From Candidatus Omnitrophota bacterium (GTDB lineage: Bacteria; Omnitrophota; Gorgyraeia; 2-01-FULL-45-10), in contig CAIMPC010000007.1 in NCBI GenBank assembly GCA_903843285.1, positions 28,730 to 92,729 of the forward strand: 64,000 nt of DNA. Direction: 5' to 3'. The notes beneath the pieces were generated by a model. That model was not told the origin of the DNA. It did not search any database and saw nothing but the letters and a program-made list of their open reading frames with translations. Below are positions 28,572 to 37,996 of the stretch, piece after piece (position 1 is the stretch's first letter; every line of letters starts with the position of its first letter). The position numbers and the translations under genes were made by a program.

Positions 28572-29063
28572 ATGAACGCATCTCAGAGTAATTTATTATC
28601 CTCAATAATAATTAGAAAAGCGAACAGATCCGATTGCTTGGATATATTCAGATGGAGAAACGATCGTGTCATGAGAGGGAATTCAATTCTCGGTCCGAGG
28701 AAGGTCACTCTGAGTGAACATAAGAGATGGTTCAACGAAAAATTAAAAGATCCCAGCGCCATAATGTATATGGCGATATCGCGCAACAGAAAAGTCGGCT
28801 TTTTAAGATTTAATGTACAGGAGGACTCCGTAGAAATAAGTATAAATGTAAACCCCGACTTCAGGGGGGTTGGTATAGGTAGAAAGATCATCACTTTATC
28901 TTCCGAAAAAGTGTTTAAAAAGATCGCTATTCCGATAATCGCCAGGATCAAAAATAATAATGTAGCTTCAAAGATAGCATTTAAAAGATGCGGCTATAAA
29001 CATAAAAATAGAGATAATAAAGTTACCACGCTATGCTTTGATCCTAAGAGCCTGGTCGCATAG
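28572..29063 (+). CDS. GNAT N-acetyltransferase, PseH/RimL-like (candidate aminosugar N-acetylase)
   Basis: The track ORF starts at a GTG (28569). The ATG is at 28572. Small GNAT. IFRWRNDRVMRGN (W-R-N motif of PseH-type sugar N-acetyltransferases). RGVGIGRKII (motif A). Confidence 0.6.
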   Translation: MNASQSNLLSSIIIRKANRSDCLDIFRWRNDRVMRGNSILGPRKVTLSEHKRWFNEKLKDPSAIMYMAISRNRKVGFLRFNVQEDSVEISINVNPDFRGVGIGRKIITLSSEKVFKKIAIPIIARIKNNNVASKIAFKRCGYKHKNRDNKVTTLCFDPKSLVA

Positions 29064-29083
29064 TAATAAAAAAGGCCGATAAT

Positions 29084-30574
29084 ATGCACGACAGAGGGCT
29101 TTTATTTAATACACTGAAGAAGGCCGGCGCGCATTCTCTTATTTACGGAATGGGCATGTCTTTTACAGCGATATCGAGCATATTACTTGTACCGTTATAT
29201 ACGAAGTCCCTAACACCGGCTGACTACGGAATATATTCCCTGATAAGCATAATAGCCAGTCTGCTTTTTTTCTTATACGATTTCGGAATGATCAACGCGG
29301 TATTTCGCTGGTATTACCAGTATTCTCCGGATCAATCACACTTACGCAGGCGTGTCATCAGCACTGCACTGTTGTTCTTATTTGGCCTTGCTCTTTTCTT
29401 CACCATATTATTATGGGTCTTTGCGCCTTTCCTTTCAAGAGTTGTTCTTCATAGCGATAAATTTGCGCCATTCATAAGATTAATGCTGCTGGGAGTTTTC
29501 CTACAATCTCTTACTTGGGTACCGCTTTCCTTGCTTAGGATAAAGGAGAAGGTGCTTACCTTTACGTCCATTACTGTCTTGGGTATGATAGTAATGGTTA
29601 TTGCAAATTATCTTTTTCTGTCCATGGGTAGAGGGATAGGCGGGATATATGAGGCATATATAATAGCGTATATATTTGTCGGTGTATTTCTATATCTTAA
29701 GACACATCAGAACTACGCGATCGAGTTTTCATTGACTGAGCTTAAAGGTATGTTGAAGTTCGGAGTGCCTTACCTGCCAGTGCTTTTCTTTTCGTGGATG
29801 ATAGACTTTTCAGATCGTTATCTTCTCGGCAGACTGTCCACTCTGCAGGAAGTCGGGTTATATTCGGTTGGCTATAAACTCGGCCAGGTCATGTATATGG
29901 TCGAGAAGACTTTCCTTATAGCGTGGATACCCCTTATGCTCTCCATATACCAGCAGCATAAAGATAAGGCCCAGCATATATTCGGGGGAGTCTTCACATA
30001 TTTCAGCGTTGCCATATTTATTCTCGCATTATCAATATCCGTATTCAGCTCGGAGATAATCAGGATTTTTACTTCTCCGGCGTATTACGGCGCCGCGGCG
30101 GTAGTGCCATGGGTCGCTTTCGCGTATCTTTTGTCGGGAATCTACATCTTTATGCTGTCCGGCTTTATTATTTCAAAAAATGTGTATCTGCAGCCGGTTA
30201 TATTATTTTTATCAGCATTGGTTAACATAGGGTTGAATATAGTGCTCATACCGAAGTTCGGAATGATGGGTGCGGCGTACGCTACCGTTGTCAGCTATCT
30301 TATCGTCGCGGTATTCACCACGGTATTTTCACAGAAGTTATACCCTATCAATATAGAGTGGGTCAGGATAGCTAAAGTAGCCGTGTGCGCTGTAGTGATC
30401 TATTTTTTAAGCAGATTGGTCAATATACCGAGCATGATTATGACCGTAATGCTGAAGACGGCGCTGATCGCTTTCTTATTTGTCGCCTTATATTTCACAG
30501 GCTTCTTTAATGCATCCGAGATAAAACGGTTTAGGAACATACTTGTCAGCTGGAGGCTTCTCAGGGATGTATGA
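29084..30574 (+). CDS. Wzx-like polysaccharide flippase (MOP superfamily polysaccharide biosynthesis protein)
   Basis: 496 aa with ~12-14 predicted TM helices across the whole length. N-terminus LIYGMGMSFTAISSILLVPLYTKSLTPADYG is typical of PF01943/PF13440 members. Confidence 0.7.
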   Translation: MHDRGLLFNTLKKAGAHSLIYGMGMSFTAISSILLVPLYTKSLTPADYGIYSLISIIASLLFFLYDFGMINAVFRWYYQYSPDQSHLRRRVISTALLFLFGLALFFTILLWVFAPFLSRVVLHSDKFAPFIRLMLLGVFLQSLTWVPLSLLRIKEKVLTFTSITVLGMIVMVIANYLFLSMGRGIGGIYEAYIIAYIFVGVFLYLKTHQNYAIEFSLTELKGMLKFGVPYLPVLFFSWMIDFSDRYLLGRLSTLQEVGLYSVGYKLGQVMYMVEKTFLIAWIPLMLSIYQQHKDKAQHIFGGVFTYFSVAIFILALSISVFSSEIIRIFTSPAYYGAAAVVPWVAFAYLLSGIYIFMLSGFIISKNVYLQPVILFLSALVNIGLNIVLIPKFGMMGAAYATVVSYLIVAVFTTVFSQKLYPINIEWVRIAKVAVCAVVIYFLSRLVNIPSMIMTVMLKTALIAFLFVALYFTGFFNASEIKRFRNILVSWRLLRDV

Positions 30575-31490
30575 CCGTTTCGGGCAGATATATCGGAAGA
30601 TAAACGGTTTAAAAGATTACGAACCTGTGCCCGGCGATTTTCTGTTAAAAAAGACCGGGATGGAGATGATCACCAGATTATTGGATGTTAATGGCGCAGA
30701 CATGGTCCTGGAGGTCGGATGCGGTTCCGGAGTTAACTCCGCGTTCTTCAGCTGCATAGCCAGGCACATCGTCTCCACTGATCTGCCTTATTATAACGGT
30801 GCTACGCACAGTCTGGGGATGACTGTCGCCAGCGGACTTCTGAACAGGCTCGGCGTTAAAAATGTGGATCTTGTATCCTGCTCCGGTGAAGGGTTGCCGT
30901 TTTGTGATAATACTTTTGACCTGGTCTTCTCCTCATCCGTCCTGGAGCATATTGATAATAAAGAGAAGGCGTTGAAAGAGATGCTGCGCGTCGTCAAGCC
31001 CGGCGGAACTGTAATTTTTATTGTCCCGACCTACGTCCAGAGCATTTTTGCTTTTTTGCATCTGTATCTATACACGACGAAGCGTATTCTGGAGGTAGCG
31101 TATACTAAAGTGTTTGGCATGCCCTCAAAAACAGATAAGGTGCTTTTGCCTAAAGCCGATGACGGTTCCCGGGCCGGATCGACGATAATCGGCAGTTTCA
31201 GGAAAAGCCATCCCTCATTTCCGCTACCCGAACCGCACGGAAGTTATAATAATATTTTCCAGGAATTAAGCCAGCAGTTTCCCTGGAAGTGGACAACGCT
31301 TGCCAAAAAGTGTGGAGCGCGAACCGTAGATTCTTTGGCATTTTTATTTCTTCCATTCAACGTAATGGAAGTATTTTCTACCCGATCGATCGCGAGGGCG
31401 TATTCGGCGTTATTATCGCTGCATTGCCTGATCGCCAAGTCTTCCTTAAAATATTTTTCATATAGTTATTGCGTAACGGCAAAAAAATAG
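30543..31490 (+). CDS. Class I SAM-dependent methyltransferase
   Basis: Motif I VLEVGCGSGVNS. Acidic end of beta2 (STD). Motif post-I/II LVFSSSVLEH. KPGGTVIF (Methyltransf_11-like). An alternative start lies at 30567. Confidence 0.75.
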   Translation: MSAGGFSGMYDRFGQIYRKINGLKDYEPVPGDFLLKKTGMEMITRLLDVNGADMVLEVGCGSGVNSAFFSCIARHIVSTDLPYYNGATHSLGMTVASGLLNRLGVKNVDLVSCSGEGLPFCDNTFDLVFSSSVLEHIDNKEKALKEMLRVVKPGGTVIFIVPTYVQSIFAFLHLYLYTTKRILEVAYTKVFGMPSKTDKVLLPKADDGSRAGSTIIGSFRKSHPSFPLPEPHGSYNNIFQELSQQFPWKWTTLAKKCGARTVDSLAFLFLPFNVMEVFSTRSIARAYSALLSLHCLIAKSSLKYFSYSYCVTAKK

Positions 31491-31507
31491 CGCGAAAGGA
31501 AATAATC

Positions 31508-32380
31508 ATGACACCTATAAGTATAATAATACCGGCTTACAACGAAGTTGAGGGCATCTCTAAAGTAATAGAACACGTGAAGAGCTTCATGTCGCTCGAA
31601 AAGATAGAGCATGAGATCATAGTAGTTGACGATTGCTCGACGGACTTTACGGCCGATTCGGCTAAGGCGCAGGGAGTAACTGTCATGTCTCACCCAATTA
31701 ACAGGGGATACGGAGCTTCACTGACCACCGGGCTAAAAAAAGCCAGGTATAACAATATACTTATCATGGATGCCGACGAGAGCTATCCTGTTAAAGATGT
31801 AAAGAAGCTCCTGCCGTACGTAGATGAATATGATATGGTGGTCGGTGCCAGGCAGGGTAAGCACTTTCACGGTTCCTTATTGAAGCGTTTCTCCAGAATG
31901 GTTTTTTACGTTCTACTGGGGTATGTAACCGGCGAAAAGATACCGGATGCCAATTCCGGATTAAGGATATTTAAAAAGGATGTCGTGATGCAGTTCGAGG
32001 AAGATTTCTGCAGCGGATTCTCTTTCACCACCACGATCACCATAATACTGTTTTCGAACAGATACCTGATAAAATTTGTACCGATCGATTATATGTCACG
32101 TACAGGAAAATCGAAAGTCCGGCATCTGCACGACACGGCAAGGACGATGCAGATATTATTGCATACGATCACATACTATAATCCCATTAAAGCGTTTCTG
32201 CCTTTTTCATTAGTTTCTCTTTTTATCTTTGTTATCTCTACGGGTTTTTACATTTTTAAGATACATGATATATTCTATGGGATATCGGCCGTCATATCGC
32301 TTATCGCCTCCATGTTATTTATGGCTTTTGGTATGGCAACTTATGCGATCGTTAAAGGCTCAAGACGACAGATAAGATGA
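31508..32380 (+). CDS. GT2 polyprenyl-phosphate sugar synthase (ArnC/GtrB/DPM1-like) with C-terminal TM anchor
   Basis: The track ORF starts at 31469. The likely start is MTPISIIIPAYNE at 31508. DxD-type motifs IVVDDCSTDFT and IMDADESY. Two C-terminal TM helices, as in ArnC/GtrB. Confidence 0.8.
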   Translation: MTPISIIIPAYNEVEGISKVIEHVKSFMSLEKIEHEIIVVDDCSTDFTADSAKAQGVTVMSHPINRGYGASLTTGLKKARYNNILIMDADESYPVKDVKKLLPYVDEYDMVVGARQGKHFHGSLLKRFSRMVFYVLLGYVTGEKIPDANSGLRIFKKDVVMQFEEDFCSGFSFTTTITIILFSNRYLIKFVPIDYMSRTGKSKVRHLHDTARTMQILLHTITYYNPIKAFLPFSLVSLFIFVISTGFYIFKIHDIFYGISAVISLIASMLFMAFGMATYAIVKGSRRQIR

Positions 32381-33729
32381 AATACAAAGAAATTATTCTA
32401 ATAGCTTTTTTAGGCATAATAGCTTCGGGGATATTTGTATTCTCATTTAACTTTGCTATATCCGGCGCAGACTCGATCCAATACGATCGGCTGGGATTTA
32501 ATTTAGCGTGCGGGAGGGGCTTCTCGCTCGAGGCTCACGCACCTTATTCGCCTACCATGTTCAGGGAACCCGGATATCCGGTTTTCTTAGCGATAATATT
32601 TTTGATCTTCGGGCATAATATAGCGGCAGCGCTTATTATTCAAATGTTGCTTCATGCATTGACGGCGATCCTGGCGTATATAATAGCGAAAGAGATCTTC
32701 TGTGCCAGAACGGCGCTTTTCTCCGGGGCTATAGTCGCAGTATTCCCTACACTTGCAAATATGACGGCATATCTCTTAAGTGAGACCTTCTTCACTTTCT
32801 TGTTGTGTTTAGGGCTATACACCTATAACAGGTTTATCAAGAAGGGAAGTATTATGTGGGCGATCGCTTCGGGAGGCATATTCGGTATCATGTCGCTTAC
32901 CAAGGTGGCATCGCTCTTCTTGCCGATCGCTCTTGGGGCTGCGACAATCTTTATGATTATAATGAAGAAGTTAAGTATGAAAAAGCTCCTGATATGCTTT
33001 TTGCTATTCATATCGCTGGATTCTTTATTGGTGTCAGGCTGGGTTAATCGTAATAAGGCAGTTTTTAATATATCTTCTTTGACATTAAGAGGCGGCGAAG
33101 CATTGTGGTCCAGGGCCCAAAAATTGGATGATTCTAATAACAAGATCCTTGCCACCGCCTGCTACAGTGTTTCGGAATATCTGGGAAACAAAATCTTTCC
33201 GGGATTGACTGAAAAGCCGGAGAGATACCTGTTCAAAGATTTTGAGAGAGCTGAAGGCTTGCGCAGAGAATACACCGCGCAAGGCCTGTCGGATCCCCAG
33301 ATAGAGGAGATATTCAGGAGAGAAGCTGTTAGTAAAATATCCAAATCACCGCTTAAATACATCTCCTATACTTTTGTAGAAGCCATTAAGATGTCGGCAT
33401 TTACTTATCTGCCTATATTGAACGAGCCGGTGGTGCGTAACCATTTCATTGCTATCAGGGATGGCACTATGATCCTGTCCTGCATTAAAGGTGTTATGAG
33501 ATTTATAGCGTATCCAATACTGATCCTATCACTTATAGTTGCCATAAAATACCTGAAAATATGGGATAGATGGTTAACTTTATCGACTATAATTATATAC
33601 TTTAACCTTGTTTATTCATTTCTGGACGCCATAGGCAGGTATGCTGTGCCGCTGATACCATTATACCTCATATTGGCAATTTCGGTATTTTTCTATCAAG
33701 AGGAAATTGACTTGTCTTCGAGAAAATGA
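32377..33729 (+). CDS. GT-C glycosyltransferase, PMT_2/ArnT-like (GT39/GT83 family)
   Basis: 450 aa polytopic protein. DSIQYDRLGFNLACGRGFS...PTMFREPGYPVFLA matches the conserved first periplasmic loop and TM helices of ArnT/PMT_2 proteins. ATGA overlap with the upstream GT2. Confidence 0.7.
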   Translation: MKYKEIILIAFLGIIASGIFVFSFNFAISGADSIQYDRLGFNLACGRGFSLEAHAPYSPTMFREPGYPVFLAIIFLIFGHNIAAALIIQMLLHALTAILAYIIAKEIFCARTALFSGAIVAVFPTLANMTAYLLSETFFTFLLCLGLYTYNRFIKKGSIMWAIASGGIFGIMSLTKVASLFLPIALGAATIFMIIMKKLSMKKLLICFLLFISLDSLLVSGWVNRNKAVFNISSLTLRGGEALWSRAQKLDDSNNKILATACYSVSEYLGNKIFPGLTEKPERYLFKDFERAEGLRREYTAQGLSDPQIEEIFRREAVSKISKSPLKYISYTFVEAIKMSAFTYLPILNEPVVRNHFIAIRDGTMILSCIKGVMRFIAYPILILSLIVAIKYLKIWDRWLTLSTIIIYFNLVYSFLDAIGRYAVPLIPLYLILAISVFFYQEEIDLSSRK

Positions 33730-33810
33730 TATAATTACACCTCCCGAATGGTACATTTTATTCCAATATCATATGTTATTGTATGTAAAGCATGACCAAA
33801 TAGGAAGAAT

Positions 33811-34395
33811 ATGCAGTCTAAAGAACCGAAAAAATTAACTAAACTAAATTTAGGCTGCGGTGCGTTCAAGAAAGAAGGATATGTAAATTTAGATTGTTAT
33901 GGTCATCTAAAGCCAGATATTGCTCACAATCTTAATAGCATCCCATATCCATTTCCGGATAATAATTTTGAGCTTATTGAGGCGGATCATGTTCTCGAAC
34001 ATCTCGAAGATGTATTTGGTGTAATGAAAGAGCTGAGGCGTATAATGAAGCCCGGCGGGGTACTGGCAGTGAAGGTACCTCATTTCAGCCGGGGGTTTAC
34101 GCATCCTGAGCACAAGCGCGGGTTTGACGTCTCCTTTCCGTACTATTTTGATCCGTCATTTAAAGGCGGATATTGCGGATCGGAGTTTGCCTGCGATAAA
34201 GTAAAGTTGCGATGGTTCGCCCAGCCATATCTTAAGAAAGAAACGCTTCCATCTTTTGCTTACTATTTTGGGGTTATCTTTGGGACAGCCATGGACTTCT
34301 TTGCTAATCTATCGCCATTTATATGCTCTAGGTTGTGGTGTTTCCTGGTGGGCGGATTCGAAGAGATGGAATTTCACTTTATTTGCAGGAAATAA
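33811..34395 (+). CDS. Class I SAM-dependent methyltransferase
   Basis: Motif I LNLGCGAFKKEGYVNLD. DHVLEHL. KPGGVLAV (Methyltransf_11/23-like). 194 aa. Confidence 0.7.
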   Translation: MQSKEPKKLTKLNLGCGAFKKEGYVNLDCYGHLKPDIAHNLNSIPYPFPDNNFELIEADHVLEHLEDVFGVMKELRRIMKPGGVLAVKVPHFSRGFTHPEHKRGFDVSFPYYFDPSFKGGYCGSEFACDKVKLRWFAQPYLKKETLPSFAYYFGVIFGTAMDFFANLSPFICSRLWCFLVGGFEEMEFHFICRK

Positions 34396-34432
34396 TTTAA
34401 TTGAAATCTGATAGCATAAGGGATGATCTATC

Positions 34433-35830
34433 ATGAAAGTATTGTGTGTAAACCTTCCTAACAAGGATAGGATAGTAAGGCGGTTCTGCGGATCCTATAA
34501 CTCTCCGTCTTTTCTTTTTCCGCCGCAGGAGTTGTTATCCTGTGCAGCTGCTTTAAAAAGCTGGAATAAGGCGGAAGTATTTGTAGTGGATGCCATTGCC
34601 GAAAAGAGAGATCTGGACTCGACCATCGACTTCATTAGGCAGAAGAATCCTGACATGGTGGTTACTATGATCGGGATGGAATGTTTTTCCGACGATATAA
34701 AGGTGGTTACGAGCATAAAAAGCAGCAATCCGGGCGCAAAGATGACGGTATTCGGATACTATCCATCAATGTTTTCCCGTGAAGTTTTTAAAAATACCAA
34801 CATTGATTACATTGTCCAAGGTGAGCCCGAATTATGCTTATCCAAATTGGTGAAGGCAATGGAGGAAGGCACTGAGCTAAGTGCCGTACCGGGGCTTATA
34901 CAGAGGGGAGACGGTAAAAGCGTGCCTCCTGAACGTATGATGGACTTGGACCAATTACCATTTCCGGACCCGTCAATGCTTGCCACAAATAATTATAAGG
35001 AGATGCTGATGCGCGGCCCGATCGCGCTCATTCAATCCGCCAGAGGCTGCCCGTTCAGCTGTAACTATTGCGTTACGTCGTACGGCAGGAAAGTGGTGAT
35101 GAGATCGCCGGAGAATATATTGGCGGAGATAGAATTTCTGGTGGAGAAAGGCTTCAGGGAATTTCGTTTCACGGATGACACATTTATCATGAGCAAGGCC
35201 AGAGTGGAAAAGATGTGCGAATTGATCACCCGTAAGAAGCTAAGGATAAAATGGACATGCTTAAGTCGCGTTGATTCGCTTGACCGCGGCCTTCTGGCGC
35301 TCATGAAGAAAGCCGGGTGCAAAAGGATTTACATAGGAATAGAAAGCTTTTCGCAAAAGGTGCTGGACTACTATGAGAAGGGCATCAAAGCATCTGATAT
35401 TCTCGAGCGTATAGAGTGGGTGAGAGAGGTCGGTATTCAGTCGTCGGGCTTCATGATGATAGGCGCTCCGGTAGAGACGGCTGATGATATCACCGAGAAT
35501 AAGGACGGATTACGCAGGTCCAAACTGGATTTTGTGATTGTGAGCAAGCTGACGCCGTATTCCGGCACGCCGCTCTTCGAACGATTAAAGGACAGTATGG
35601 AATTTACGCTGTTTCCATATCATAATTTTTTTAAGGACATGGCCTACGAAAATAGAATGATAGCTATAGAGAAAGAATTATACAGGGCATTTTACTGGCG
35701 CCCTAATACGCTATTCTCGTTGTTTAGGATAATGGTAGAGAATCCGCGTGATTTTTTTAATACAGGCGTACTATTTTTAAAATTCATGCTCGCAAAAGAT
35801 CAGGATAAACAGCACCCGAATTTCATATGA
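34433..35830 (+). CDS. B12-binding-domain radical SAM enzyme (class B rSAM, paralog 1)
   Basis: N-terminal ~190-aa Rossmann-type cobalamin-binding-like domain. Radical SAM cluster motif ARGCPFSCNYCV (CxxxCxxC). Downstream RIYIGIESFS and GFMMIGAPVET as in B12-rSAM proteins. Confidence 0.8.
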   Translation: MKVLCVNLPNKDRIVRRFCGSYNSPSFLFPPQELLSCAAALKSWNKAEVFVVDAIAEKRDLDSTIDFIRQKNPDMVVTMIGMECFSDDIKVVTSIKSSNPGAKMTVFGYYPSMFSREVFKNTNIDYIVQGEPELCLSKLVKAMEEGTELSAVPGLIQRGDGKSVPPERMMDLDQLPFPDPSMLATNNYKEMLMRGPIALIQSARGCPFSCNYCVTSYGRKVVMRSPENILAEIEFLVEKGFREFRFTDDTFIMSKARVEKMCELITRKKLRIKWTCLSRVDSLDRGLLALMKKAGCKRIYIGIESFSQKVLDYYEKGIKASDILERIEWVREVGIQSSGFMMIGAPVETADDITENKDGLRRSKLDFVIVSKLTPYSGTPLFERLKDSMEFTLFPYHNFFKDMAYENRMIAIEKELYRAFYWRPNTLFSLFRIMVENPRDFFNTGVLFLKFMLAKDQDKQHPNFI

Positions 35831-35867
35831 TATTTGCGTGCATTTCAAGACAATAGAGGGGCTTATC

Positions 35868-36866
35868 ATGATAGTTGATGTGGGAAAAGTCTTTAAAAAC
35901 AAGAAGGTTATGATAACCGGCGGCCTCGGCTTCATCGGCAGTACACTGGCGAACCGACTGGTCGGGCATGCCTCCGAAATCATGCTTGTCGATTCGTTGC
36001 TTCCCGACTATGGAGGTAACTTATTTAACATAACCGGCATCGAGAGCCGTGTGAAAGTTAATATATCCGATGTTAGGGATGAATCCAGTATGCTTTATCT
36101 CGTTAAAGGGCACGATTATATCTTTAATCTGGCCGGCACGTTGAGTCACATCGACAGCATGAAGGATCCATATACTGATCTGGAGATTAACTGCAAAAGC
36201 CAGTTGACCATACTTGAAGCATGCAGAAAGAATAACCCCGAAGTAAAAATAGTATTCTCCGGGACAAGGGGACAGTACGGTAAGGCACAGTACCTGCCGG
36301 TCGATGAGAAGCATCCGATGTGTCCCACTGATGTCAACGGTATCAATAATATGGCCGGGGAATGGTACCATATTCTTTATAATAATGTTTACGGAATACG
36401 CGCGACGTCGCTTCGGCTTACCAATACTTATGGGCCTCGCCACCAGATGAAACATTCGAAACAGGGTTATCTTAATTGGTTTGTGAGGCTTGCCATGGAA
36501 GGCATGGAGATACCCATCTATGGCGACGGGGCTCAAAGAAGAGACTTTAATTATGTGGACGATGTGGTCGATGCTCTTCTGGCCGCCGCAGCGACAGATG
36601 AAACTAATGGTCAAGTATACAATGTCGGATCCGGGGCGCCTATAAGTGTACTGGATTCCCTTAAGGCTGTTATTAAAATCGCGAAGAGAGGGTCATATAA
36701 GGTAATCCCTTTTCCGGAGGAAAAAAAGAAGATAGAGATCGGCGACTACTTTGCTGACCATTCAAAACTTAGTAAAGCTACCGGATGGGCACCGAAGATG
36801 GGTTTTGAAGAGGGGCTTAAAAAGACTGTTGGATTCTATGAGAATAACAAAAAATACTATTGGTAG
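35868..36866 (+). CDS. NAD-dependent sugar epimerase/dehydratase (extended SDR)
   Basis: The track ORF starts at 35838. ATG at 35868 with GAGGGG RBS upstream. ITGGLGFIGS. YGKAQ (YxxxK). NTYGPR. Confidence 0.75.
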   Translation: MIVDVGKVFKNKKVMITGGLGFIGSTLANRLVGHASEIMLVDSLLPDYGGNLFNITGIESRVKVNISDVRDESSMLYLVKGHDYIFNLAGTLSHIDSMKDPYTDLEINCKSQLTILEACRKNNPEVKIVFSGTRGQYGKAQYLPVDEKHPMCPTDVNGINNMAGEWYHILYNNVYGIRATSLRLTNTYGPRHQMKHSKQGYLNWFVRLAMEGMEIPIYGDGAQRRDFNYVDDVVDALLAAAATDETNGQVYNVGSGAPISVLDSLKAVIKIAKRGSYKVIPFPEEKKKIEIGDYFADHSKLSKATGWAPKMGFEEGLKKTVGFYENNKKYYW

Positions 36867-37974
36867 TAGGATCCTCGTCTCGGATCTGAAGAGGTCTTAC
36901 CGTGCGCAAAGTCGCGAGATAGATAAGGCAGTACTTCGGGTCCTCAATAGCGGCTGGTATATTCTGGGCTACGAGCTTGAGGCGTTCGAGAACGAATTTG
37001 CCCGTTATAATGGTTCACGGTACGCGGTCGGTGTCGCGTCAGGTACCGAAGCCATCCAGTTGGCGCTTATGTCATTGTCGATAGGAAGAGGTGACGAGGT
37101 TATAACGGCCGTAAATACAGCTATCCCCACTGCTATGGCCATAATATCAGCGGGTGCCAGGCCCAGGTTTGTAGATGTAGATGAGGGAACCGCGAATATA
37201 AATACGGATGCGCTTGCCGAAGCAATAACTAGAAGAACCAAGGCGATAATTCCGGTCCACCTGTATGGCAACCCATGTAATATCGATGAGGTGTTGAATG
37301 TATCCAGAAAACATCGGATAGCTGTTGTCGAGGACTGCGCTCAGGCACACGGCGCTAAGTATAAGAACAAGATGGTAGGGACCTTTGGAGATGTAGGCAC
37401 ATATAGTTTTTATCCCACTAAAAATCTGGGATGCTACGGCGACGGCGGCGCAGTAGTTACTGATAGCAAAGTCTTATCCAAGAAAATAGGATTGCTGAGA
37501 AATTATGGACAGCCGACCAGATATGTTTGCGATATAGAGGGAATTAACAGCAGGCTCGATGAAATCCAGGCCGCAATACTGAGGGTCAAATTACAATATC
37601 TCAGCCGTTCTATAGTCAGAAGGATAGAGATCGCCGCCTTATATGAAAAATGCTTAAAAGGTATTTCAGAAATTAAGTGTCCCTCAGCGGCAAAAAATTC
37701 ACGGCATTCATTTCATCTGTATGTTATCAGATGTTCACGCCGCAACGATTTAAAAGAATCGCTCGCTAAGAATGGGATCGAAACTCAAATACATTATCCG
37801 ATATCGCTTCATTTGCAAAAGGCATTCAAGCATCTGGGGTACGGTAAAGGCGATTTCCCTGTTGCCGAGAAGCTCTCCAGGGAGATATTGAGCCTGCCGA
37901 TATTTCCGGAATTGAAGGATGCCGAAGTAATTAAAATATGCGGATATATAGCGGAATTTTATAAAGGTATATGA
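36838..37974 (+). CDS. DegT/DnrJ-family PLP-dependent sugar aminotransferase
   Basis: The track ORF starts at 36751, overlapping the upstream gene. Likely ATG at 36838 (MRITKNTIGSRILVSDLKRSY). GVASGTEAIQLAL. YSFYPTKNLG (Lys). INSRLDEIQAAIL. LSLPIFPEL. Confidence 0.82.
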   Translation: MRITKNTIGSRILVSDLKRSYRAQSREIDKAVLRVLNSGWYILGYELEAFENEFARYNGSRYAVGVASGTEAIQLALMSLSIGRGDEVITAVNTAIPTAMAIISAGARPRFVDVDEGTANINTDALAEAITRRTKAIIPVHLYGNPCNIDEVLNVSRKHRIAVVEDCAQAHGAKYKNKMVGTFGDVGTYSFYPTKNLGCYGDGGAVVTDSKVLSKKIGLLRNYGQPTRYVCDIEGINSRLDEIQAAILRVKLQYLSRSIVRRIEIAALYEKCLKGISEIKCPSAAKNSRHSFHLYVIRCSRRNDLKESLAKNGIETQIHYPISLHLQKAFKHLGYGKGDFPVAEKLSREILSLPIFPELKDAEVIKICGYIAEFYKGI

Positions 37975-37996
37975 TCTATAAATAAGGTTTTTGTTA

